Shown here in pieces: positions 7,703 to 17,726 of a DNA stretch of 64,000 nucleotides. Each line of letters opens with the position of its first letter. Positions within the stretch are counted from its first letter, which is position 1. Origin of the DNA: Elusimicrobiales bacterium (GTDB taxonomy: Bacteria > Elusimicrobiota > Elusimicrobia > Elusimicrobiales > UBA9959); assembly GCA_023701245.1 (NCBI GenBank), contig JAMPXK010000002.1, forward strand, positions 40,960 through 104,959. Reading direction: 5' to 3'. The translations under genes were made by a program, and so were the position numbers. The notes below the pieces were generated by a model that ran no database searches, was not told the origin of the DNA, and was given only the letters and a program-made list of their open reading frames with translations.

Positions 7703-8989
7703 CTAATTAGCCTTGCGGTACCACTTCATGAACTCGTGCCACCGGGAGGCCTTGGCCCAGGCCAGCTTGCCGTAGGCCTTGGCCACGGCGTTCTTCTGCT
7801 TTTCCGGGTTGGAGGAGGGGACGAAGATGGCTATGCCGCGGCAGCGGGCATAGTCCTTGCGGCTCATCTTCGGGTTATTGTTGGTGCGGTTTACCAGCAC
7901 CAGGTCTTTCTCTATGTAGGCCTGCAGGTCCGCGGCCGCGGCTGTTACGGCGGGGTCCTGCGTCCTGCTGGTGACCAGGCCTACGAAATCGTACAGGTCG
8001 GAGTCATTGCCGCCGCTGAACCGGAAGGTGTCCAGCACGCCTTCCCGGACTTCGGCCTTTAGCCCGGCGGCCATCACGGCGCCGGCCCAGGCGTCTATCC
8101 TGGCGGCCAGGCCGGGGATGGCGGCGGTCCTGATGGCGCTCTGGGTGGCGGTGTGCGCGTCCTCCATGAACTGGGTGGCGGCCCGGGAGTTGTTCTCCAC
8201 TACGGCGGCGGCCAGGTCGCCCGGGGCCATGGCCGGGTTAGCGGCCAGGGCGCCCAGCAGGGCGGCGTAATCGAAGATCATGGCTATCATGGTCTCCTGG
8301 GAGCCCACGATGTACTGCGCGTAGTCCTTCAGCTCGAAGCCCACTTCCACCTGCTGCATCAGGCAGGCGTCGGAAGTATAAACGTCCACCCCGCCTATCT
8401 GTTTGAGGACGCGGGCCAGCTCGGGAGTGCTGATGTAATTGTCGGTTTCGTCGTCGTAGGAGATGGATTTGGGCTTGCCTATGGATTCCCAGCCGGTGCC
8501 GTGGTTCCAGACTATGAGCATGTACTTCTTGGCAGGGTAATTACGCTTGGCCCAGGCGCCGAAAGCGGCCAGCTGTTTATAATCTCCCATGTCCATGGCC
8601 CCCAGGTCTTCGGACGGGGAGGTGACGGAGTTGGGTTTGTCGTCGCGGGTGATGAAATAGCGCCTGACAGTGTTGCCGAGCACGCCGGCCTGGGCCACCA
8701 CGTTCACTTTCTCCGAGGAGCCCACCGTCTCCATCTCGTTGAGTTCGGGGCCCACGTAGCCGGCCAGGTCGTTCTTGCCGTTCATGAAGACCATTATGGT
8801 CCATTCTTTCTCGGCTGCGGTCCCGTCGCGGTCTGGCTCCGGGGCGGCGGGAGCGGGAAGCCTTTGCGCGGTCGCAGTAAAGTCGGCAGCGTTCAGGGCG
8901 TCGAGGTTGAAACCTTGCGCCGCGGAAGTCTGTGCCGAGAGGAAAACTGCCAGGAGAGCCGCCAGAAGAGGAAAGTTTCTATTTGTCAC
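7703..8989 (-). CDS. clostripain-like (C11, clan CD) cysteine peptidase, secreted
   Basis: GTG start and signal peptide. EWTIMVFMNGKNDL, a His-Gly in MLIVWNHGTGW, and the catalytic Cys context VYTSDACLMQ. Confidence 0.75.
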   Translation of the reverse strand: MTNRNFPLLAALLAVFLSAQTSAAQGFNLDALNAADFTATAQRLPAPAAPEPDRDGTAAEKEWTIMVFMNGKNDLAGYVGPELNEMETVGSSEKVNVVAQAGVLGNTVRRYFITRDDKPNSVTSPSEDLGAMDMGDYKQLAAFGAWAKRNYPAKKYMLIVWNHGTGWESIGKPKSISYDDETDNYISTPELARVLKQIGGVDVYTSDACLMQQVEVGFELKDYAQYIVGSQETMIAMIFDYAALLGALAANPAMAPGDLAAAVVENNSRAATQFMEDAHTATQSAIRTAAIPGLAARIDAWAGAVMAAGLKAEVREGVLDTFRFSGGNDSDLYDFVGLVTSRTQDPAVTAAAADLQAYIEKDLVLVNRTNNNPKMSRKDYARCRGIAIFVPSSNPEKQKNAVAKAYGKLAWAKASRWHEFMKWYRKAN

Positions 8990-9196
8990 ACATATAGTTT
9001 AAAACACAAGCGGCGCGTCAGCCAGGGCATAAAGTGCCTCTTTTGCCGGTAAAAAGGCCCAGCGCCGGTTAGGCCGCAGGGCCCCCCGGGGGTATCTTAT
9101 TTCGGGAATTGGTTGGGCCGTGTGGGGGCGCCGGCTATGGGGAATTGCCTTGCCGCGGGCGGTGCGGAGGTGGTATTTGATAGAATTTAAGCTCTC

Positions 9197-10405
9197 ATGA
9201 AGAAGCGTTCCCAAATATCCCTGCTGCTGGCCGCCGCCCTGCTGTGCGCCGGGCCCGCGCGCGCCCTGGTGGTAACCGGGCTGGACGCGGCGGCGGAGGG
9301 GGATTTCGAGATGTTCGCCGGCAAGCGGGTGGGGCTGGTTACCAACCAGACCGGCCTGGACCAGGCGGGGCGCAGCGGGGTGGACGCCATGTTCGCCTCG
9401 CGCAAGGCTAAACTCGTGGCCATCTTCAGCCCGGAGCACGGCTTCCGCGGCAACGCCGCCGACGGCGAAATAATTTCCAACTCCACGGACCCGGTCACCG
9501 GGCTGCCTATCTACAGTCTTTACGGCAAAACGCACCGCCCCACCTCCGCCATGCTCGCCGGCATAGACGTGCTGGTGTTCGACATCCAGGACATAGGCGC
9601 GCGGTTCTACACCTACCTCACCACCATGGCGCTCTGCATGGAAGAAGCTGGCAAGCGCAATATCCCTTTTGTGGTGCTGGACCGCCCCAATCCCATAAGC
9701 GGCCTGGTGCTGGAGGGCCCGGTGCTCTCTAAAAATATCCAGGACTTCACCGGCTATTTCCCGGTGCCGGTGCGCCACGCCATGACGGCGGGGGAAGTGG
9801 CGCTGCTGCACAAGGACATCCGCAATATCGCCGTGGACCTCACCGTGGTGAAACTGCGGGGCTGGGACAGGGCTTCTTTTTACGGCGACACGGGCCTGGC
9901 CTGGGTGAACCCTTCGCCTAATATCCGCGGCGTGGACGCCGCTATAATGTACCCCGGCATAGGCGGTTTCGAGTCCACCAATATGGCCGTGGGCCGCGGC
10001 ACGGACGCGCCTTTTCTGTGGTTCGGCGCGCCGTGGCTGGACGCCCAGCGGCTGGTGAACACGCTTAACGCAGCCGGTCTGCCGGGCGTGCGTTTCCGCG
10101 CGGAGAGCAAGACCCCGGAGAAGGATATTTACGCCGGCAAGCTGTGCTACGGCGTGCGCATGGAGATAACCGACCGCGCGGCGGTGCGGCCCATGGATAT
10201 TTTCGTGCGGGCCGTATGCGCCCTGCGCGACAAGCGGTACTACAAAGAATTCCGGTTCGACCAGGAAGCGCTGAAGCTGACGGCCGGCAACAATGTTTAC
10301 AAGGCCATTTTCGAATCCAAGGATAGCCCGGAGAAGATCATAGCCTCTTTCCGCGAACAGTGCCTGGCTTTCGACAAACTCCGCGGCAAATACCTGCTCT
10401 ACTGA
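9197..10405 (+). CDS. DUF1343 family protein (exo-beta-N-acetylmuramidase NamZ-like), secreted
   Basis: GKRVGLVTNQTGLD, SPEHGFRG, PIYSLYG and DVLVFDIQDIGARFYTY, with an N-terminal signal peptide. Confidence 0.85.
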   Translation: MKKRSQISLLLAAALLCAGPARALVVTGLDAAAEGDFEMFAGKRVGLVTNQTGLDQAGRSGVDAMFASRKAKLVAIFSPEHGFRGNAADGEIISNSTDPVTGLPIYSLYGKTHRPTSAMLAGIDVLVFDIQDIGARFYTYLTTMALCMEEAGKRNIPFVVLDRPNPISGLVLEGPVLSKNIQDFTGYFPVPVRHAMTAGEVALLHKDIRNIAVDLTVVKLRGWDRASFYGDTGLAWVNPSPNIRGVDAAIMYPGIGGFESTNMAVGRGTDAPFLWFGAPWLDAQRLVNTLNAAGLPGVRFRAESKTPEKDIYAGKLCYGVRMEITDRAAVRPMDIFVRAVCALRDKRYYKEFRFDQEALKLTAGNNVYKAIFESKDSPEKIIASFREQCLAFDKLRGKYLLY

Positions 10406-10411
10406 CGCCCG

Positions 10412-11140
10412 ATGAAAACCTTCCGCCTGTTGCTGCTGCTCTGCCTGGCCCCCGGCCTGGCCGCCGCGGCGCAGGAAGGGTGGACGGTAAAGGTAAGGGC
10501 CATTAACGGCCGGTACACTTATTCTCATGAGCAGCCTGTCTCCCTGCGCAAGCAGGAGAATTTTACGGGCGTGCCGCGCATGCGCGGCGGCGGGCCGGAG
10601 CGCGAACTGATCTTTAACAGCTACCTGAACTCCCCGCAGGACGGGCTGCTGCGGCTGGATTACCAGGTGGAACTGGGCGGCGAAAATACGGCCAGGCCGC
10701 CGTTCCAGGCGGCGGGCAAGGTGCTGCTGCGTCCGGGCAAACCGGTACTGGCGGTGGATTCCGGCGGCTGGAAGATAGTGCTGGAACTGGAAGGTTCCGC
10801 CGAAGGGGAATACGCCAGGGGCGGGACCAGCACCCTGGAGGTCAGCCTGAAATGCGGGCGGGACGCCTACCCGGCTAAATTCACTTACCTGCCGGAGCAC
10901 CAGTACAGCGCCATCCTTTACAGCGCGGCCGGCGACGCCGTGCGCAAGTTCATGGTGGGCCTGCTGCCCAACAACCCCGGCATAGACGGCGAGTTCAAGC
11001 TGCAGTACACCCTGCTGCTCAGGGAAGGCGCCGAGACCCTGGCCAGCGGCCAGGGTGAACTCATACTGGCGCCAGGCGGCCCGCGGCGCAGCGCCGCCGC
11101 CGGCAAAGACTGCGTTTTTTCCGCCAAGGCGTCGCGCTGA
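10412..11140 (+). CDS. secreted protein, unknown function, with an internal duplication
   Basis: Signal peptide LAPGLAAAA/QE. LRLDYQVEL...GKVLLRPGKP is echoed by FKLQYTLLL...GELILAPGGP. Confidence 0.6.
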   Translation: MKTFRLLLLLCLAPGLAAAAQEGWTVKVRAINGRYTYSHEQPVSLRKQENFTGVPRMRGGGPERELIFNSYLNSPQDGLLRLDYQVELGGENTARPPFQAAGKVLLRPGKPVLAVDSGGWKIVLELEGSAEGEYARGGTSTLEVSLKCGRDAYPAKFTYLPEHQYSAILYSAAGDAVRKFMVGLLPNNPGIDGEFKLQYTLLLREGAETLASGQGELILAPGGPRRSAAAGKDCVFSAKASR

Positions 11141-11285
11141 GGGGCGGAGGGTTGCCCAAAAGACCTATGAGGCGCCTGGGTCTTTTGGCGCTTATGGGAC
11201 ACCCCCTATAAGTGGTTAAATGTAGTCTATAGGGAAATTGACTTTTTTTAAGGCAATAGACCAAACATAGGAGACTAAAGAACAG

Positions 11286-12032
11286 ATGAAAAATGTAAAG
11301 AACATCGGTGTGGCCGCCATGGCGCTTTTCCTGGCCGGCTGCGATGAAATAAAGTTCAACGGCACCATGAACGTGCTGGAGCAGATAACCTTCAGCCAGA
11401 GCCAGGGCCAGACCGTGGTGGTCGCCCCCGGCCAGTTCAGCGCCAAGGCTACCCTGAGCGCCAACAACAGCAAGAAAAAGATAAAGCTGGAGATCAAGAA
11501 CGCCGATCCCGCTACCGAAGTAAAGCTGGAGTTCAGCAAGGACATCGCCATTGGTGAGACCTTCAATATCACCGCGGCCCAGATGAAGCAGAACTTCGAC
11601 CTGGCCGGCACCATGGCCACCAAGGTCGCCCGCTCCGAAGAGCGCTCCACCTACGAGAGCTGCACCTACCAGTATCCCCAGACCGTCTGCCGCAGCAACA
11701 AGGCCGCCGACCAGAACGTGTCCGAGGACCTGGTGGCCAAGGTCTCCGAGTTCGCCGCCGTGGAAGCCGTAGAGGTTCCCGCGATGGTGAACCCCGTGCT
11801 GGCCGACAAAGCCCCTTACCCGGGCCAGTTCGGCCCCGTGCCCCCGCACACGCCCACCTGCTATACGCAGTGGGTTTCCCGCCCGGGCACCCGCTACGTG
11901 CGCTACTTCATCGAGACCACCGACCGCGACATCGACGCCGGCTTCGTGCAGAATGGCAAGACCCTGGGTTCTTTCAAGGGTCATTCCACTCAGAACGAGA
12001 CCGTGTACACCTACCAGAGCGACTGCCACTAA
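11286..12032 (+). CDS. lipoprotein, unknown function
   Basis: Lipobox LFLAGC near the N-terminus, with a terminator downstream. Confidence 0.65.
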   Translation: MKNVKNIGVAAMALFLAGCDEIKFNGTMNVLEQITFSQSQGQTVVVAPGQFSAKATLSANNSKKKIKLEIKNADPATEVKLEFSKDIAIGETFNITAAQMKQNFDLAGTMATKVARSEERSTYESCTYQYPQTVCRSNKAADQNVSEDLVAKVSEFAAVEAVEVPAMVNPVLADKAPYPGQFGPVPPHTPTCYTQWVSRPGTRYVRYFIETTDRDIDAGFVQNGKTLGSFKGHSTQNETVYTYQSDCH

Positions 12033-12053
12033 TAACGGCCGCCGCGACAGAAG

Positions 12054-12083
12054 CCGGGCTCCGCAAGGGGCCCGGTTTTTTTT
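12054..12083 (+). terminator. intrinsic terminator
   Basis: CCGGGCTCC-gcaa-GGGGCCCGG (one G-U pair) followed by TTTTTTTT. Confidence 0.75.
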
Positions 12084-12100
12084 AGATATAATGGTGGGAC

Positions 12101-12631
12101 ATGACTAACGACCCTGTAGCAGTGCGTCCCGAGACGCCCAAAGACTTCGACGCGATCCGGAAGCTCAATAAGAAAGCTTTTAAAGGCAAGAGCGAGTCCA
12201 AGCTGGTGGACGCCATAAGGGAGTCCGACGGCTTCATCCCTGAACTTTCACTGGTGGCCGAAACGGCCGGCCTGGTGGTGGGGCATATACTTTTCTCGCC
12301 TATCCTCATTAAAGGCCCGCAGGGGGAAACCCCCGCCCTGGCGCTGGCGCCTATGGCCGTGCTCCCGGACTTCCAGAAGCGGGGCGTGGGATCGGCGCTG
12401 GTGCGGCGCGGCCTGGAAGAGTGCCGCCGGCTGGGGCACAAAATAGTAGTGGTGGTGGGCCACGACGAATATTATCCGCGCTTCGGCTTTGTGCGGGCGT
12501 CGGACAAGGGGCTTAGGCTGCCCTTCGAAGCCCCGGACGAGGTGTTCATGGCGCTGGAGCTGGCGCCCGGCGCGCTCTCCGGCGTGAGCGGCGAGGTGGT
12601 TTACCCCCGCGAGTTCCACGACGTAACCTAG
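12101..12631 (+). CDS. GNAT family N-acetyltransferase
   Basis: The acetyl-CoA site QKRGVGSALVRRGLEE is in the expected position; 176 aa. Confidence 0.85.
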   Translation: MTNDPVAVRPETPKDFDAIRKLNKKAFKGKSESKLVDAIRESDGFIPELSLVAETAGLVVGHILFSPILIKGPQGETPALALAPMAVLPDFQKRGVGSALVRRGLEECRRLGHKIVVVVGHDEYYPRFGFVRASDKGLRLPFEAPDEVFMALELAPGALSGVSGEVVYPREFHDVT

Positions 12632-12645
12632 GATTGGAGGAAAAA

Positions 12646-13398
12646 ATGAAAATTATCATAGCTGCGGCGCTGTTCCTGGCGGCCGGCTTTACTTCTTCCG
12701 CGGGTGCCGCGGGGCAGGAGGCGGTGGTCGGGGTGCAGGAGGCTATAAAGAACATAAACTCCATGCTGGGCGCCATTGCCAGCGGCGCGGACAAGGACAG
12801 CGCGCCGGAACTTACCCGGAAACTGCGGGCCCTTAAGGCGGCCCGCGAGGCCATGGGCGAAGAGAACGTGCTGCGCATGCAGCTGCTGGAAGAAATGCAG
12901 AACCTGCAGGCGGGCGTGCAATTCGTGGGGTACAGGGGCCTGGCGAACAATCCCGCCGCCGCGCCCGCCCGGCTGGCCGCGCTTAAGCAGGTGGAGAACG
13001 CCCTGGAGGAAGTGGTGGACCAGAAAGAGTTCAGGCGCCTGACGGAAAAGGCGGACGCCGCCGCGGCCAAGAACAGCCTGGCCGTCCTGCGCGGCGCGCT
13101 GCGGGTGTATACCAGCGCTGCCAAAGGCGCCTTCCCGGAGAAACTGTCCGAACTTACCCTGGATTCCAAGTATATCCCCGCCATCCCGGCCATAGTGACG
13201 CCGGGGCACGTTAAAAAGTCCGCCGAGGTCAAGTACGCCGCGCAGGTAAAGACCATGGCCGACCTGCTGGCCCTGGCCGACGACGCCGGCGGCTGGCTGT
13301 ACGTGGGCGACAAGACCTCCCCGCTCTGGGGCACGCTGGTCATCAACTGCAGCCACGCGGATATCTCCGACCCCGCCATGAAGATGTACAACTATTAA
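12646..13398 (+). CDS. secreted protein with a C-terminal pilin/pseudopilin-like globular domain but a Sec-type signal peptide
   Basis: ATG 12646 is preferred over the TTG at 12634 (SD GGAGG 12636-12640). The N-terminus MKIIIAAALFLAAGFTSSAGA is a Sec signal. The C-terminus is AKNSLAVLRGALRVYTSAAKGAFPEKLSELT...YIPAIP...GGWLYVGD...WGTLVINCSHAD. Confidence 0.65.
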   Translation: MKIIIAAALFLAAGFTSSAGAAGQEAVVGVQEAIKNINSMLGAIASGADKDSAPELTRKLRALKAAREAMGEENVLRMQLLEEMQNLQAGVQFVGYRGLANNPAAAPARLAALKQVENALEEVVDQKEFRRLTEKADAAAAKNSLAVLRGALRVYTSAAKGAFPEKLSELTLDSKYIPAIPAIVTPGHVKKSAEVKYAAQVKTMADLLALADDAGGWLYVGDKTSPLWGTLVINCSHADISDPAMKMYNY

Positions 13399-13421
13399 GC
13401 CGTGACTTTACGGGAGGAAGC

Positions 13422-14009
13422 ATGAAAACCGACTTCAAGACCATCTCCGGGCTGGCCCTGGCCTGCGCCATAGGGCTGGCCGCCGGCGCCTGGGCGGCGC
13501 CGCTCGGCGCGCGGCTGGTGTCCCTGGACGACGACGCCCGCGACGCGGCCATAAGCGAACTGGGCGAGCTGAGCGACCCGGCCAAGGCCAAACTGGTGCC
13601 GGGCCTGGTAAAGGCGCTGGCCAGCAAAGAGGACGCCGTGCGCTACCACGCGGCCAAAGCCATAGGCGAGATCGGCCCCGCCGCCAGCGCGGCCATTCCC
13701 GCTCTCGTTAAGATGCTCAACGACCGCGGCCTCGACGGCAATGTGGCCATGGGCGCTACGGACGCCATGGGGCGCATGGGCAAGGCGGCCGTGCCCCTGC
13801 TCATAGGGGCCGCGGGCGGCAGCTCCATGGGCCTGCGGCAGAGCGCCACCCGCGCGCTGGGGCGCATAGGGCCCGCGGCCGGGGCGGCGGTGCCAACGCT
13901 GGCGGCCAACCTGAAAGCCGGGGACGAACTGCTTAAGTCGCACGCGGCGGAGGCGCTGCAGCGCATAGGCACGCCCGAGGCGCTCAAAGCCCTGGGCCCC
14001 GCGAAATGA
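13422..14009 (+). CDS. HEAT-repeat (PBS-lyase type) protein, secreted
   Basis: Signal peptide followed by repeated units of the type VRYHAAKAIGEIGPAASAAIPALVKML. Confidence 0.75.
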   Translation: MKTDFKTISGLALACAIGLAAGAWAAPLGARLVSLDDDARDAAISELGELSDPAKAKLVPGLVKALASKEDAVRYHAAKAIGEIGPAASAAIPALVKMLNDRGLDGNVAMGATDAMGRMGKAAVPLLIGAAGGSSMGLRQSATRALGRIGPAAGAAVPTLAANLKAGDELLKSHAAEALQRIGTPEALKALGPAK

Positions 14010-14013
14010 TCCC

Positions 14014-14277
14014 ATGACCCCGTTCGACCAGAATCCCAAGGACCCGCTGCACGGCATTACGCTGGAGGAGATCCTTAACCGGCTGCTCAAGCGCCACGGC
14101 TGGGAGGAGATGGGGCGGCGCGTCGCCATCCGCTGCTTCACGGCAAATCCCAGCATCAAGTCCAGCCTGACCTTCCTGCGCAAAACGCCCTGGGCCCGCC
14201 AGAAAGTGGAAGCCTGGTTCTTGCGCGAACTGCTGACCTACCGCCCCGACAAGCCGCAGCCGCCCGCCCACCGGTAG
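14014..14277 (+). CDS. VF530/DUF2132 family small DNA-binding protein
   Basis: DPLHGITLEEILNRLLKRHGWEEMGRRVAIRCFTANPSIKSSLTFLRKTPWARQKVE. Confidence 0.8.
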   Translation: MTPFDQNPKDPLHGITLEEILNRLLKRHGWEEMGRRVAIRCFTANPSIKSSLTFLRKTPWARQKVEAWFLRELLTYRPDKPQPPAHR

Positions 14278-14314
14278 TCTAACCGGGGGCGGCGGTTAAA
14301 AGGTAGAATTAGAC

Positions 14315-15475
14315 GTGGAACTTTCCCAAGATCAGGAACTGGCGCTGGAGCGCCTGCTGGGCTGGTATAAAGACCCGCAGCGTTCCCGTTTTATTACGCT
14401 GGGCGGCTACGCCGGAACCGGCAAGACCACGCTCATAGCCGTGCTGAAGAACGAGCTGGTAAAGCTGAACAAGAACATAAGGTTCTCCTTCTGCAGCTAC
14501 ACGGGCAAGGCCGCGCAGAACCTCAAGAACAAATTGAAAGAGGCCGGCGCGCTCTCCGTAAAGGATTCGGTCAGCACCATCCACGGCCTCATCTACACGC
14601 CGCGCGAGAACGAGGCGGGCCACATAACCGGCTGGGACCGCAAGGACCTGCTGGAGCGCGACCTGATAATAGTGGACGAGGCCAGCATGGTGGACGGCCT
14701 TATCTGGATGGACCTGCTGTCCTATAATATCCCCATCATCGCCGTGGGCGATCACGGCCAGCTGCCGCCGATCTCGGGCAAGTTCAATTTAATGCAGGCG
14801 CCGGAAATACTGCTCACCCAGATACACCGCCAGGCGCAGGGCAACCCCATCATAACCGTGTCGGAACACGCCCGGGCCACCGGCCTGGTGCCGCCCGCGC
14901 GCTACGGCTCCGGCGTGGTGAAATATCTGAAAGAAGACTGCGACGCCCAGGAGAAAAGCGGCGAGCTGCTGGAATGCTATTCTCCCGACACGCTGATACT
15001 CTGCGGCTACAATAATACGCGCAACAAGATAAACCAGTTCATCCGGGCCAACCGCGGCTATGAAACGCCGGCCCCGGCCAGCGGCGACCGGGTTATCTGC
15101 CTGCGCAATAATCACAAGAAGGGGATTTATAACGGCATGCTGGGCACCATAGCGGCCATCTCCCCGGCGCAGAAAGACTGGTACCAGGCGGAGATCCAGC
15201 TGGACGACCGCGAGAAGCCTTACGAAGGCCTCATCTACGCGCCTCAATTCGGCGCAAAGACGGGCGTGAATTTCACCAAGGACCGCAAGCTCGCCATGAT
15301 AGGCGACTTGTTCGACTTCGGCTACGCGCTCACCGTGCACAAGGCGCAGGGCAGCCAGGCCCGCCGCGTGGTGCTGTTCGAGGAGCGCTTCGCCCAGATG
15401 GACGACGAAATGTGGCGCCGCTGGCTCTACACCGGCGTGACGCGCGCGGAAGAAGAACTGTACCTCTTCGGCTGA
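14315..15475 (+). CDS. RecD/Dda-like SF1 DNA helicase
   Basis: Walker A GGYAGTGKTT, Walker B IIVDEASMV, and C-terminal YALTVHKAQGSQ. GTG start lies 5 nt after TAGAAT (14304-14309). Confidence 0.8.
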   Translation: MELSQDQELALERLLGWYKDPQRSRFITLGGYAGTGKTTLIAVLKNELVKLNKNIRFSFCSYTGKAAQNLKNKLKEAGALSVKDSVSTIHGLIYTPRENEAGHITGWDRKDLLERDLIIVDEASMVDGLIWMDLLSYNIPIIAVGDHGQLPPISGKFNLMQAPEILLTQIHRQAQGNPIITVSEHARATGLVPPARYGSGVVKYLKEDCDAQEKSGELLECYSPDTLILCGYNNTRNKINQFIRANRGYETPAPASGDRVICLRNNHKKGIYNGMLGTIAAISPAQKDWYQAEIQLDDREKPYEGLIYAPQFGAKTGVNFTKDRKLAMIGDLFDFGYALTVHKAQGSQARRVVLFEERFAQMDDEMWRRWLYTGVTRAEEELYLFG

Positions 15476-15530
15476 CGCGGCCCCGGCCTTAATTGTAAAA
15501 TTGCTTTAGCCGACGACGGCGGTAACTATC

Positions 15531-16217
15531 ATGAATATAATCGAAATAAAGAACCTGAAAAAAGACTACCCGCTGGGTAAGACCATAGTGCCTGCCCTGC
15601 GCGGCGTGGACCTGGAAGTGGCGGAAGGGGAGTTCATGAGCATCATCGGCCCCTCCGGCAGCGGCAAGACCACCCTGCTCAATGTGATAGGCTGCATCGA
15701 CCAGGCCACGGCGGGCAGCGTGAAGATAGCCGGCAGCGAGATCACCGCCCTCGACGACAGGGCCGTGACCGACATACGCCTGCATAAGATAGGCTTCATC
15801 TTCCAGACCTTCAACCTCATCCCGGTGCTGGACGTGCTGGAGAACATAGAGTTCCCGCTGCTGCTCATGAAGCGCCCCGCCGCCGAGGCCCGCAAGCGCG
15901 CCGAGAAACTGGCCGCCGAGGTGGGGCTCTCCGAGTACGTGCGGCACCGCCCGGCCGAGCTCTCCGGCGGGCAGCGCCAGCGCGTGGCCATCGCCCGCGC
16001 CCTCGTGACCGGCCCCGACATCGTGCTGGCCGACGAGCCTACCGCCAACCTCGACTCCGTCACCGGCGCGTCCATCCTGGAGCTCATGCGCGAGATGAAC
16101 GAGGTGGAGAAGACCACTTTCGTGTTCTCCACGCACGACGCTGCCGTGCTCAAGTACGCGCGCCGTATAGTGCGCATCAAGGACGGCCTGATAGAGAAGG
16201 AGCCGGTAGCCGCGTGA
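15531..16217 (+). CDS. ABC transporter ATP-binding protein (LolD/MacB type)
   Basis: GPSGSGKTTLLN, LSGGQRQRVAIARAL and VLADEPT. Confidence 0.9.
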   Translation: MNIIEIKNLKKDYPLGKTIVPALRGVDLEVAEGEFMSIIGPSGSGKTTLLNVIGCIDQATAGSVKIAGSEITALDDRAVTDIRLHKIGFIFQTFNLIPVLDVLENIEFPLLLMKRPAAEARKRAEKLAAEVGLSEYVRHRPAELSGGQRQRVAIARALVTGPDIVLADEPTANLDSVTGASILELMREMNEVEKTTFVFSTHDAAVLKYARRIVRIKDGLIEKEPVAA

Positions 16218-17722
16218 AACTCCTGCTGACCATAGCCTGGCGCAATATCCTGCGCCACAAGGGCAAGAGCCTGGTGATAGGCGCCATCCTGTTCACCGGC
16301 GCCTTCCTGATGACGCTCGGCAACGGCGTGGTTAGCGGCATGGCCCGCGGCATAGAGAAGAACGTGATAAACGGCTTCATGGGCGACATCGTGGTGATCA
16401 GCGCCAAGCAGAAGTCCGACAATGTGCTGCTGAACATGATGGGCACCAGCATAGAGCCGGTGACGGATTACAAGCTGATAAAGCCGGCCCTGGCCGCGAG
16501 CCCGCTGGTGGAGCGCTGGTTGCCCGCGGGCAAGAACATGGCCATGCTGCTCGACGAGAATTCCGACGCGCCCGGCTTCGCCTACCTGCTGGGAGTGGAT
16601 TTCGCCGAGTACCGCAAAATGTTCCCGGGGAATTTCGAAGTGATAGAGGGCTCCTACCCGGCCCCTGGCGAGCGGGCCCTGCTGATCCCTTCTTTCGCGC
16701 GCGACGAATTCTATAACTACTACAACATCTGGTACCTGCCCGAAGGCGGCCGGCTGGTGAAGGCGAACCTCAAAAAAGAGGCGCTGGAGCGGCTCGACAC
16801 GCTGGTGCTCAGCAGCAGCGTAGTGATGATGGGCATGAGTGGCGGCATGAACACCACCAGCGATATCCGCTTCCCGGTGCGCGGCATAGTCCGCTACGGC
16901 GCCCTGAACCAGATCTTCGGGCACTTCTGCCTGGTGGACATAGAGTCCTACCGGGAATGCCTGGGTTATTTCACCGCGGCCGACATGTCCGCGCAGGTGA
17001 CCAAGGAAGAAAAGGCGCTGCTTTCCCTCGAGGGCGGTGGTCTGGACTCGCTGTTCGGCGGCGACGAGCTGGAGGCGGCGGCCCCCGCCGCGCCGCGCCG
17101 GCTGACCGAGCGCAGCCGGGCCGCGGACCCGGCCGACGGCGTCTACAACGCCGTCTTCATAAAGCTCAAGCCCGGCGTGCCGTATAAGAAGGCGGTGAAA
17201 GAGCTCAACGCGGCGCTCAAGGCCGCCGGGGCCGACGCCCGGGCCGTTACCTGGAACAAGGCCGCCGGCCCCATGGGCAGCATGACCCTCATCATCCGCA
17301 GCGCCCTGTTCATCTTCGTGCTGCTGCTGTTCTCGGTGGCGGTCATCATCATAGTGAACACGCTGACCATGGCCGCCATGGAGCGCGCCTCGGAGATAGG
17401 CATGATGCGGGCCGTGGGCGCGCAGAAGCCGTTCATCGGGGGGATGTTCCTGGGCGAGACGGCCATCCTCTCGGCCGTTTTCGGCGGGGCGGGGATCCTG
17501 GCCGGCGTGCTGGCCGTGGAGCTGATCCCGCTGCTTAAAATTTCCACCACCAACGACATGCTGCAGCTGCTTTACGGCGGGGACATCTTCCGCCCCATGC
17601 TGGACCTCTACGGCGTGGCGCTGGCCGTGTTCCAGCTGGGAGTGGTCACGGTGCTGGCGGCGCTCTACCCCATGAAAGTGGCGGCCGGCATAACGCCGCT
17701 GGAAGCGATAGCGAGGGACTGA
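16214..17722 (+). CDS. ABC transporter permease, FtsX/MacB type
   Basis: GTGA overlap with the ATPase gene. An N-terminal TM, a large extracytoplasmic domain, and a C-terminal three-TM FtsX module. Confidence 0.85.
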   Translation: MKLLLTIAWRNILRHKGKSLVIGAILFTGAFLMTLGNGVVSGMARGIEKNVINGFMGDIVVISAKQKSDNVLLNMMGTSIEPVTDYKLIKPALAASPLVERWLPAGKNMAMLLDENSDAPGFAYLLGVDFAEYRKMFPGNFEVIEGSYPAPGERALLIPSFARDEFYNYYNIWYLPEGGRLVKANLKKEALERLDTLVLSSSVVMMGMSGGMNTTSDIRFPVRGIVRYGALNQIFGHFCLVDIESYRECLGYFTAADMSAQVTKEEKALLSLEGGGLDSLFGGDELEAAAPAAPRRLTERSRAADPADGVYNAVFIKLKPGVPYKKAVKELNAALKAAGADARAVTWNKAAGPMGSMTLIIRSALFIFVLLLFSVAVIIIVNTLTMAAMERASEIGMMRAVGAQKPFIGGMFLGETAILSAVFGGAGILAGVLAVELIPLLKISTTNDMLQLLYGGDIFRPMLDLYGVALAVFQLGVVTVLAALYPMKVAAGITPLEAIARD

Positions 17723-17726
17723 ACCG

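Noticed and set aside
8999-10900. 633-aa minus-strand ORF across the DUF1343 gene and the next gene.
   Set aside because: It is antisense to a clearly recognisable DUF1343/NamZ-like gene, has a low-complexity Arg/Gly/Ala composition, and spans an intergenic gap of the real genes.
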